Shown here piece by piece: positions 30,601-37,897 of a DNA stretch of 64,000 nt. Position 1 is the first letter of the stretch. The number at the start of each line of letters is the position of its first letter. The stretch comes from a virus (Duplodnaviria > Heunggongvirae > Uroviricota > Caudoviricetes): the IMG/VR virus record IMGVR_UViG_3300021963_000033, one strand, 5' to 3'. The notes under the pieces were generated by a model. It did no database searches and had not been told where the DNA came from. It saw nothing but the letters and a program-made list of their open reading frames with translations. The position numbers and the translations under genes were made by a program.

Positions 30601-30932
30601 GTCGAGAGACTTTCATATTCTTTTGCCGCTTCGAAATATGATTTTCTAGAATCAATCTTTTCTGGACCTTCTGGATGATCAACCAGTTTCTTGTTGATGC
30701 AGTCAATCGCGTCGACCGCCATCCAACCAGCGTCAACCAACTGCGATATAGTTAGTCTATATGCGCCATATTGTCCGCGATCATGAACCTTAGAAAAAAT
30801 ATCCTTGTCGCCAGGAACCGGATACTGTTCTTTAATTGCATCTTGGCAAGCAATAAAAAGTTTGGTTAATTGATCTGCAGTAAGAAGACCAATTCCCTCT
30901 TGGAATATTCCTGATGTGGTAGTGTAAGTCAT
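27642..30932 (-). CDS. gp5: gp5 C-terminal half: degenerate lysozyme-like domain, gp5 beta-helix and C-terminal M15A-type peptidase
   Basis: YPYNKVF.SEAGH.IEIDDSPG.ERL..AHRSGTF.EI.PDG (gp5 motif). C-terminal LSDNF.L..F...ITSGYR...SAH...ID...WVHIG (M15 peptidase). Confidence 0.75.
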   Translation of the reverse strand: MTYTTTSGIFQEGIGLLTADQLTKLFIACQDAIKEQYPVPGDKDIFSKVHDRGQYGAYRLTISQLVDAGWMAVDAIDCINKKLVDHPEGPEKIDSRKSYFEAAKEYESLSTKVDFAESKIEAKNNAQYYFIANKLENIATKETLTIGADFLLSGKMQDTIAFDYLNFVYDLFLTARVITPKVDENVTAGLLAVALCVNYDTALNYANGIIKKDTNGITSKYWYDIGWNSVSTTPLKVSIAKPDIPVLPIVEGGATSSEFTVDKVKVEYSIVGQNISGKISYAGVELATSMPVSLDSLTKQLDKVIQAAKIVGPREKYDTLLNFKQQFTASFETDVAPLKKQLNITEPEVVSKNDSDGNTITTTVTSNSDGTKTTVVETISADGTRTKETTQEKIALETKTQETDVTDPPKTEVPVAARDENVGEANSLDTYRANNVPLNTDVVPEDDTKGFKDPNKVYPKKDSVNKPDTNPLATGINSPGIAGNPKVPAGDKESLSAGASPAARNATRKREVQTAGRNGATWAQPQSPYNAQYPYNKVFGSEAGHAIEIDDSPGSERLNWAHRSGTFDEIGPDGTKVTKIVGDGYTILDKNGYIMIEGMANVHVAGNCNVIIMSDTNLSMHGRVSMDFHNDVDVNIAGRLSLSVGEGIYARNGGIMSLENVGDIDIDAKGNFTTDTSGKFNLTTEGGLNFTSKADTHIKSAGSFYNHSTSDMNLCTDAAIKTKSGAATEIKSDAAVNVEGAGNISLKAPLVTSSPIDTSTLDVTTANVTTLNAGSTNLRATGTDTGTNGGSTHDLPISGPTSATVTAPASASEAVCAEPAPLATIKTVEKPISRSSSGNSQFVGGSSGGVGGGTAADNSYNDVPGEEDNSDENCVAANGDTSGSDPTNPNDPGTGTGDAGGEFKSGNIKASPACDTMSSGKKLTPLIKTGRPTSGIRLSDNFILDDFVTRPFFKKVSSCNRISSYTRDGITQDPWDIVQNYRCLALNILEPVVKEFGRPIITSGYRPGNGNSAHAYAAIDIQWSKYDKRKHVDIAKWISERFAHDQVLAETANRKTAWVHIGYFWYNRSQRGQHFSAVQTSKASRLGPSPYRFQYF

Positions 30933-30940
30933 ATTTCCTC

Positions 30941-31933
30941 TTATGCCAATGCCTGATTATTAACTACTGTAGGAGCCTGTGCGATTCTAGATCCTTTGTA
31001 ATTATAAGAGAATCCTATTTGATTCGAACGAGAAGTTCTCTGAACCCTCGACCCATTTCTCTTCATCGAGGCAGCAGGTTGCGTCGTACCCAAGAAATCC
31101 GTTCTAGGTCCAACAAATTTTCTTGCTTCCTCTTGGTACTCTTTGTTTTTAAGATTTTGTGCAACTTTCAACATGTCAGATGGAGAAAATCCAGAAGCCG
31201 TTGCAGCAGAATTTGCATCCGTAATATTCGCCCAAAACTTATTTGGTTTTTGTGATTGACCTGTTTTATAATTAACTGCGTTTTTTCCGCGCTTTGGATA
31301 TGCCCAAACAGGTTCGTATTGTCCAACACCAGTTGGAGTGGTGTATAGCATTTGCCCGAGCAATCCTGCGCCGGCCGCATACTGTTTATTTCCAATTCTA
31401 TTGTATATGGTTTGTGCTACATCACATTGATCTTGCCCCTTGCCGCCGCCGATTCCAGCTTCGCATGCGACTAGAGCAACAAGAGTCCAAAACTCTTGAT
31501 TTGGTGGTCCAGAAGAAACTGGAGTGAAGTCCTCATTTTCTCCGTTGGTTGTTGCATTGTCGCCAGTAGAACCAGAACCAGAATCAGGTCCACAATCTCC
31601 TGGGCGAAGTCCGCCAGGAATGGCACCAACAGTTCCGAAAAACATTGGGTGCTGCCCGTTTTCACCATCTGCGAAAAACCCAACTACCCAAGAACCTTCC
31701 ACCGCACCCGTAGGCGACCAACCAACACCAGAAGTTCCCGCCGAGTTTGCTGGCATAATGGGAACTGCCCAAGGAAGATCATCAGATGCTAGAATTTCGC
31801 TATCATCTGTGTGATAACCCATAATGCGAACACGGCATCTACCAAGACGCAGAGGATCGTCGCGATCCTCGACTACGCCAAACCACCAATAGAAATTTGG
31901 ATTGTTGTTAGATGTAATATTGTCCATTGCCAT
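30941..31933 (-). CDS. gp5: gp5 N-terminal half: OB-fold fused to a SleB/Hydrolase_2-like domain
   Basis: WWFGVVEDRDDPLRLGRCRVRIMGYH...LPWA...WVVGFFADG (gp5 OB-fold), then LVALVACEAG...DVAQTIYNR (SleB-like). Start moved to MAMDN. Confidence 0.8.
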   Translation of the reverse strand: MAMDNITSNNNPNFYWWFGVVEDRDDPLRLGRCRVRIMGYHTDDSEILASDDLPWAVPIMPANSAGTSGVGWSPTGAVEGSWVVGFFADGENGQHPMFFGTVGAIPGGLRPGDCGPDSGSGSTGDNATTNGENEDFTPVSSGPPNQEFWTLVALVACEAGIGGGKGQDQCDVAQTIYNRIGNKQYAAGAGLLGQMLYTTPTGVGQYEPVWAYPKRGKNAVNYKTGQSQKPNKFWANITDANSAATASGFSPSDMLKVAQNLKNKEYQEEARKFVGPRTDFLGTTQPAASMKRNGSRVQRTSRSNQIGFSYNYKGSRIAQAPTVVNNQALA

Positions 31934-31934
31934 T

Positions 31935-33398
31935 TTATGCGCCTTCTTCCTCAACATCATATAGAGGTGTCGCGTAAGAATCTTTCGCAATCTCCATATG
32001 CATAGTATGTCTTAATGATGATATTTGATGATGGATTGCCGTGATCATATAGATTCCGGAAACTAATTTGTCCCAGATTTCGCTTTCGGATGATGTATTG
32101 TCTCGCTCACCGACGCTCGGGTAGTAGAAGCGAATAAGTTTACCAACTTCAGCGTCAGTTCTTCCAGGAACTGTTATCTGCATTCTCATTGTTGTGAGAT
32201 CCATAAATGTGCTGTTTCTTTGGGCAACAAATTTCTCTGGATGTAGATCAATCGAATCCTCGGTAGAATCTAGAACACCTGGATTAATTGTTGATACAAA
32301 TGATTTACCTTCTGCCGAACGAAGAACGTTGATCGGGTAAATCATATTGAATTTTTTAGTTTCATCTACTACAAACTTGTCGTCTTGTTGCTTGTATGAT
32401 TCCATGTGTTTATAATCTTTGAAACTGAAACCATGGTCGTAAACAAACGCTTCATATTTCTTCTTGATCATGTCAAACGCAAACACTTTGCTGGCAAAAT
32501 GCCCCAAATCTTGCCCCTGAATGACATCAAGATTTGTGATAAACCTAACTGCCTCTACAGTTGCAAATCCTCTACTTATTTCTTCAGCAGATTGTAATCC
32601 ATCAAGATTGGTATTATAGACATAATCAGAATATAAGTTATTCGCTTCAATTTGATATGCAACAAGTTCTTCAATTGAAGCAAAATAAAATGCCTTAGTT
32701 GTCTCAAAGAATAAGAAAGTCGGTGACTTATATGTTGCGCCGATAGATCTTTTCGCCAACCAATTCAAACACTGAATCGGGGACCACATAGGCGGAACAA
32801 ATGTTATCTGCGATTCGTGGGGAGTATCTGCAATATAAAGTTCTGTTTTTCTACCTTCTGGCGCAACAGTTTTATTGGTAAAAAATCTTGGAGTGCTGAT
32901 ATTTTCGGAGAATATTTTCTCTACGATTTCATCTGTCGTTCCGGTAAACTTCTGAGAAAGTCTTACGATATTGTCGGCAGACGCTTCAATCGAACAGAAA
33001 AACAACTGATAATATTGCTCTCTATCGTTGTTTAATTTTCTGTCTTTAACAGCATAAACAGAGAAGGATTTTTGAATTTTATTAATTAGATCCTCTCCTG
33101 TATTTCCAAATCCAGGAGTTTCGATGTCAACCGTTAAAATTTCATCGCCGATAATTGGCAAACGACCAATAAGATTTTGCGCATCTCTAATAATAATATA
33201 ACCATGAAGGGTGGGAGAAAAGATATCTTCAAAAAGATGCAATTCCATGAAGAATGGTCTTAGGTCTACGTTGCTTTCATCCGATACTGTATTCAGCACC
33301 AGTTTATTGATCAGCACATCTCCTGGTTTTTGTAAACCAATATCAGAAGTAGGTGTCGTATCGGTCTTGGTATTATTGCTTACGGGTGTGTCCGCCAT
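31935..33398 (-). CDS. baseplate hub protein (gp27/late control D-like)
   Basis: ITVPGRTDAEVGKLI...SGIYMITAIHH C-terminal hub motif. Lies between gp53 and gp5. Confidence 0.7.
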   Translation of the reverse strand: MADTPVSNNTKTDTTPTSDIGLQKPGDVLINKLVLNTVSDESNVDLRPFFMELHLFEDIFSPTLHGYIIIRDAQNLIGRLPIIGDEILTVDIETPGFGNTGEDLINKIQKSFSVYAVKDRKLNNDREQYYQLFFCSIEASADNIVRLSQKFTGTTDEIVEKIFSENISTPRFFTNKTVAPEGRKTELYIADTPHESQITFVPPMWSPIQCLNWLAKRSIGATYKSPTFLFFETTKAFYFASIEELVAYQIEANNLYSDYVYNTNLDGLQSAEEISRGFATVEAVRFITNLDVIQGQDLGHFASKVFAFDMIKKKYEAFVYDHGFSFKDYKHMESYKQQDDKFVVDETKKFNMIYPINVLRSAEGKSFVSTINPGVLDSTEDSIDLHPEKFVAQRNSTFMDLTTMRMQITVPGRTDAEVGKLIRFYYPSVGERDNTSSESEIWDKLVSGIYMITAIHHQISSLRHTMHMEIAKDSYATPLYDVEEEGA

Positions 33399-33400
33399 AA

Positions 33401-33913
33401 TTAATTGCCGCTAATGATGCTAGAATAACTGTTCACAAATTCCGTCACATATTTTGGAGATAGAATCTTAATTTCGCGTTTAGCATCATTCAATTCTTCT
33501 TCGTATTGAATGTTGGTAATTGGTTCAATTAACCCGTCTGCTAAATCTTGAGCATTTAGATCAACTATTAATTTGCTGGAGTCAGTTGTTCTATAGTGAT
33601 GTGTCTCATAGATTTGAGTTTCGCCATATTTTTTCTTAGTAAAAGCAAGAAGATCTTGATTGCTCAACGGCCACTCTTTTCTAATATCTACAATATCATT
33701 TATTACCATAATAATCCAGTGGTAATCTGGTCTTTTGTAATACTTGTCGGCAACTTGTTCTACGGTAAACCCATCAGGAATAGTTATAGTTTGCATAAAA
33801 ATGACATTGTTCTTATATTTGTTTAATGATACTCTGCGAAATATATCTGTTACTACAGTCGTACCATCGCCGAGAGTGTTAACTTGCAATTTAGGAAACA
33901 AAGAAAATAACAT
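33401..33913 (-). CDS. gp53: baseplate wedge subunit gp53
   Basis: EQVADKYYKRPDYHWIIMVINDIVD..KEWPL, YEEELNDAKREIKIL. Confidence 0.88.
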   Translation of the reverse strand: MLFSLFPKLQVNTLGDGTTVVTDIFRRVSLNKYKNNVIFMQTITIPDGFTVEQVADKYYKRPDYHWIIMVINDIVDIRKEWPLSNQDLLAFTKKKYGETQIYETHHYRTTDSSKLIVDLNAQDLADGLIEPITNIQYEEELNDAKREIKILSPKYVTEFVNSYSSIISGN

Positions 33914-33914
33914 A

Positions 33915-35198
33915 TTAGAATCCCTTCTCAATTCTTTCGGCAGTCAGGGTTTCTAGTTCTGTAAACTGCATTCTAATTGTTGCTTCTGTGGGACAACCAT
34001 TAGAGAATGTAGTAAAACCTTCCGCTCCATAGTCAACGACTATATCAGTAAGAGCACAGTTTGAGATCTTTCTGACAAATTCGTTTTCTTCCCCCATGTG
34101 ATAATAGATAATCAAAAACTCGGAAGGAAACGAAAGGAAAAGTGCATTCTGACTTCTGGTTGGATGCATGTGGCGCAGAAAAGTAGCAATTATACCATCT
34201 TTTTCTGCGTTCACACCTTTTCTACCAAAAACTTCCAACGCTTCTTCTTCATTTCTTGGAGAAAATCTATAGTCGAAACCGAACTTTCTGAAACCCATGG
34301 ATCTGAATAACTGTTCTTTGTATGGATTTTCGACTTTCTTCGAAGTTGCCTCGATTGCAGCATTAATATTATCAAACCCAGCAATCCCTGCCACCTTACC
34401 AAGTTTTCTGGCAGCATAATCTGCTAGTTCTCCACCCGAATTCAAGGCAGCACCAGCATCAAATTCACCACCTTTAGTGAACAGACTGCCTGCTGACATC
34501 TTTCCGGAAGCAACTGCGCCTACTAGTCCACCGAGATCTGCTGTTTCCCAGTTTGCACTATATCCTGAAGTAACTCTCTCAGTCACATGGAGAACAATTT
34601 CTGAATCCCCGAAGACTAATCTCTGCTCTCCCGCCAACCCTGCAGCGAGTGCACCACCAGCACCACCAATCGCGGCACCACCAACTCCTGCTAATCCAGT
34701 TTTAAACAACGAACCGATCTTAGCACCAATTGACTTGACTGGAGAAATAGGAGATGCATCTTTTGAATTTACTGCATTACCGCCATTACTTTTAAGGAGT
34801 CCGCCCAATCCACTGGCAGCACCAGCAGTAAACCCAGCGACAGCACCTGCAGTTGCAACTGCAGCAACATTATTTTCAGGGTCTGCTCTGTTCTGATCAG
34901 TTTGATCGAAAATAAATCCACCGCCAGATAACGCAGCAGTCCCATATTTACTTTTTTCTCTTACCAGTGGATAAAATACGACATAATGGGGATATTCTTC
35001 ATTACGTCCAACATCTAACGGGTATCTAAGATTGGTTAATGTGTTGTTTGTTTCTAATGGATTGGCATTAGAGTCAACAAATTGATCCCTATTAAATCTA
35101 CTGGCACCCTTTTTTGGTGGAGTGGATTGCGCACCTGTTGGAGTAGTGTTTCCTGCTGGTGGATTCTGCGCTGGTGGTGGCGGTGCTTCGGTTGCCAT
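33915..35198 (-). CDS. gp48: baseplate tail-tube cap gp48-like
   Basis: LRYPLD, NPYKEQLFRSMGFRKFGFDYRFSPRNEEEA, CALTDIVVDY, MQFTELE. Confidence 0.85.
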   Translation of the reverse strand: MATEAPPPPAQNPPAGNTTPTGAQSTPPKKGASRFNRDQFVDSNANPLETNNTLTNLRYPLDVGRNEEYPHYVVFYPLVREKSKYGTAALSGGGFIFDQTDQNRADPENNVAAVATAGAVAGFTAGAASGLGGLLKSNGGNAVNSKDASPISPVKSIGAKIGSLFKTGLAGVGGAAIGGAGGALAAGLAGEQRLVFGDSEIVLHVTERVTSGYSANWETADLGGLVGAVASGKMSAGSLFTKGGEFDAGAALNSGGELADYAARKLGKVAGIAGFDNINAAIEATSKKVENPYKEQLFRSMGFRKFGFDYRFSPRNEEEALEVFGRKGVNAEKDGIIATFLRHMHPTRSQNALFLSFPSEFLIIYYHMGEENEFVRKISNCALTDIVVDYGAEGFTTFSNGCPTEATIRMQFTELETLTAERIEKGF

Positions 35199-35202
35199 CT
35201 AG

Positions 35203-35242
35203 AATAAATATCCTATTAAGTATAGAGTTTGGACTATTTATA
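35203..35242. promoter_or_regulatory. divergent late promoters
   Basis: TATAAATA on the minus strand at 35235-35242 (toward gp48) and AATAAATA on the plus strand at 35203-35210 (toward gp4). Confidence 0.65.
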
Positions 35243-35700
35243 TGAGTTATGGCAAGGAAACTTTGAAAGGTCTGTATAAAATACAGAATCCCAAAAAATA
35301 CATTGGTAATCCGAACAATATCATTTATCGCTCCAGTTGGGAACTAAAGTTCATGAAGTGGTGCGATAATAACGACAACATATTGGAATGGGGATCTGAA
35401 GAGTTACCCATACCGTATATCTCTCCTTTAGATAATCGAGTACATAGATATTTCGTGGATTTTTATATCAAGGTTCAAGAAAAAAGTGGTGTTACAAAGA
35501 AGTATCTGGTTGAGGTAAAACCGCAGAAGTTTACTAAAGAACCCAAAGTGCCTGCTAGAAAAACAAAGAAGTTTCTACAGGAAGTTATGCAATGGGGCGT
35601 AAACCAAGCAAAGTGGAAATTTGCTACTGAATTTTGTGAAGATAGAGGATGGAAATTCATCATCCTAACCGAGAACGAGTTGGGAATCCGTAATAAATAA
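35242..35700 (+). CDS. gp4: head completion nuclease gp4 (TnsA-like)
   Basis: NPKKYIGNPNNIIYRSSWELKFMKWCD...WGSEE..IPY.SP.D...HRYFVDF, LVEVKP, NQAKW..A. Confidence 0.92.
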   Translation: MSYGKETLKGLYKIQNPKKYIGNPNNIIYRSSWELKFMKWCDNNDNILEWGSEELPIPYISPLDNRVHRYFVDFYIKVQEKSGVTKKYLVEVKPQKFTKEPKVPARKTKKFLQEVMQWGVNQAKWKFATEFCEDRGWKFIILTENELGIRNK

Positions 35701-35714
35701 GAAGGAGAATATCT

Positions 35715-35876
35715 ATGGCAAAAGCAAAATCTGGTAGCGGAAACAACAAGATTTCCTTTACTAATCAAAAGAAGGGCAAGACATCAATTGGTGGCAGTGC
35801 TTCTTCGATAAAGTTTTCAACCATGAATAAACGTAAACGTGCTAATTATAAAGCATACAGAGGACAAGGTAGATAA
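35715..35876 (+). CDS. small basic protein ending YRGQGR (53 aa)
   Basis: My translation is MAKAKSGSGNNKISFTNQKKGKTSIGGSASSIKFSTMNKRKRANYKAYRGQGR. AATAAATA at 35692-35699 and an AGGAG SD lie upstream. Not in the ORF track. Confidence 0.8.
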   Translation: MAKAKSGSGNNKISFTNQKKGKTSIGGSASSIKFSTMNKRKRANYKAYRGQGR

Positions 35877-36449
35877 TTGGCAAATCCGTTTCAGAGACTT
35901 CGCGCCCAAGCAGGAGATGGACAAAAGTCCATGGATTGGTACATGCGAAATGTGAAGAACCTCGTGGGCGCGAGGTTGTCTCAGAACAGCGTAATGAAAT
36001 CTGATATTGGCGAACTAAACTCCAGTATCGAGATCGGTTCAATGTATATGTATTTCTACGATCCAAAGTTGAAGGAAGAACTTCCTTTCTATGATACCTT
36101 TCCGTTGGTGCTGCCGTTTGGTCCAGCAAAAGGTGGATTCTATGGAATCAATTTACATTATCTACCTTACCTGTTACGAGCACAAGTTCTTGGTGAGTTG
36201 TTAGATTATAAAACAACCAAGACATATTCTGAAACAACCAAGTTGCGTATGTCATACAATCTGTTAAACAACTTGAAGAATGCGAATGAAGTCAAACCAT
36301 GTATCAAACATTATCTGACCAATCATGTTAACTCGCAATTTTTGAAAGTCAACCCTGAAGACTGGCAGGCAGCAATATTCTTACCGATCGAGAACTTTGT
36401 GGGTGCTACAAAAGAACAAGTATTCAGAGATTCTAGGAGCAAATTCTAA
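35877..36449 (+). CDS. gp2: DNA end protector protein gp2
   Basis: GSMYMYFYDPKLKEELPFYDTFPLV, GINLHYLP, KPCIKHYL, A.FLP.ENF. Confidence 0.88.
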   Translation: MANPFQRLRAQAGDGQKSMDWYMRNVKNLVGARLSQNSVMKSDIGELNSSIEIGSMYMYFYDPKLKEELPFYDTFPLVLPFGPAKGGFYGINLHYLPYLLRAQVLGELLDYKTTKTYSETTKLRMSYNLLNNLKNANEVKPCIKHYLTNHVNSQFLKVNPEDWQAAIFLPIENFVGATKEQVFRDSRSKF

Positions 36450-37027
36450 TGGTCGCAGCATACCATAATATAAACGATTTCGTATCACAAGTCAAAAAAA
36501 CAGATTTGGCGAGGTCGAATAGATTTGAAGCGATGTTTCCAGCACCGCCGATCCTTCAGGGACATTCTACAACACAAGGCGATTCGCCAAAACTAATTTC
36601 AATGATGGTGGAAGATGCCATGTTTCCTGGGATGTTAGTGGGAACCAGACCATATAGAATAAACAATTTAAATGAACAAAGAGCAAATGCTATTGATTTT
36701 GGTGGAGACTCAATCACATTTACATTTCTAGTTGACACATCATGGACAGCAAAAGATTTCTTCGGAGATTGGATGCGAGAGATAGTCGATCCGACTTCTA
36801 GGTACGTAAGATATCCAGCAGATTATTATAGTGAAATTGATTTGGTTTCTCTCAATAACGAAGATAATGTTATTGCTCAGTGGAAAATTATAGATGCATT
36901 CCCAAGATCTATTGCACCAATTACTGTTTCTTCGACTAATGCGCAAGTTCTTAGAATGCCAGTAACATTCGCATACAAACGATGGGAAGTTGTTGGAGCA
37001 TATACTCCCGCAGGTGAACGAATTTAA
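36449..37027 (+). CDS. tail tube initiator (gp54/gp19-fold)
   Basis: LARSNRFE..., FPG...T, AFPRSI..I, VTFAYKRW tube-fold motifs, located after gp2. Confidence 0.7.
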   Translation: MVAAYHNINDFVSQVKKTDLARSNRFEAMFPAPPILQGHSTTQGDSPKLISMMVEDAMFPGMLVGTRPYRINNLNEQRANAIDFGGDSITFTFLVDTSWTAKDFFGDWMREIVDPTSRYVRYPADYYSEIDLVSLNNEDNVIAQWKIIDAFPRSIAPITVSSTNAQVLRMPVTFAYKRWEVVGAYTPAGERI

Positions 37028-37042
37028 AAATTGGAGTAAATT

Positions 37043-37729
37043 ATGACATTACCTACATTATCAGTACCAACATTTGACGTTGAAGTATATTCTACAAAAC
37101 AAACAGTGAGGATGCGACCCTTTCTGGTCAAAGAAGAAAAGATTTTAATACTCGCCGCAGAGTCCAACAGTAAAGCGGATATGATTCGTGCTATGCGGCA
37201 AGTTATTGCATCATGCGCAAACAATCAAATTGATGCAGAAAATCTACCATTCTTTGATCTGCAAAATATCTTCATAAAGTTACGAGCACAGTCTATTGGA
37301 AACGAATCAGAATTTAATCTAATCTGCGGAGAATGCGGTCACAAGACTCCGACAATCTTAAACTTAGATCAGATTCAATTACAAATTACCGAAGAGCACA
37401 CACAAAAAATTCTACTAGCAGATGATATTGGTGTGATCATGAAATATCCTACTGCTGATATTCTGACGCAAGAAGATATGCCAGTGTTCGATCTAGTTGC
37501 TGCGTGCGTAGATAAAATCTTCACACAGGATGAAATACATTCTGCCGAGGAAGAGGGCCATGACGCAGTATGCAATTTCTTGGATGGATTAACGTCAGAA
37601 CAATTTGATAAGATTGCGCATTTTTTTGTGACTTCACCAAAAATTTACCACCGCATGGATTATGATTGCAGCAAGTGCGGTACAGATAATTCAGTTGTCA
37701 TCGATGGTATAGAAAATTTTTTCGGATAA
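37043..37729 (+). CDS. gp26: baseplate hub assembly protein gp26-like
   Basis: LPTL.VPTF......TKQTVRMRPFLVKEEKILILA, FDLQNIFIKLRAQSIG, two CxxC motifs, GIENFF end. Confidence 0.88.
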   Translation: MTLPTLSVPTFDVEVYSTKQTVRMRPFLVKEEKILILAAESNSKADMIRAMRQVIASCANNQIDAENLPFFDLQNIFIKLRAQSIGNESEFNLICGECGHKTPTILNLDQIQLQITEEHTQKILLADDIGVIMKYPTADILTQEDMPVFDLVAACVDKIFTQDEIHSAEEEGHDAVCNFLDGLTSEQFDKIAHFFVTSPKIYHRMDYDCSKCGTDNSVVIDGIENFFG

Positions 37730-37896
37730 CCCTTTCTCATGATAATTTGATGAATTTCTACAAGATTAACTTTATTTTGATGCATGAGCATAAATATAGT
37801 TTAACTGAATTAGAAAATATGATGCCGTGGGAAAGGGAAGTTTATATTGGAATGCTAATTACACATCTGAAAAAGAAAGCAGAGAACCAGGATTAA
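37723..37896 (+). CDS. gp51-like short ORF, probably expressed as a -1 frameshift extension of gp26
   Basis: The -1 frame reads RITLSHDNLMNFYKINFILMHEHKYSLTELENMMPWEREVYIGMLITHLKKKAENQD. The first ATG (37750) has no SD, and the T TTT TTC heptamer sits at 37717-37723. Confidence 0.7.
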   Translation, partial: RITLSHDNLMNFYKINFILMHEHKYSLTELENMMPWEREVYIGMLITHLKKKAENQD

Positions 37897-37897
37897 A

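Noticed and set aside
30925-30945. Frameshift or readthrough joining the two gp5 halves
   Set aside because: I saw no slippery heptamer. There is a clean TAA, then a GAGG SD with ATG, so these are separate genes.
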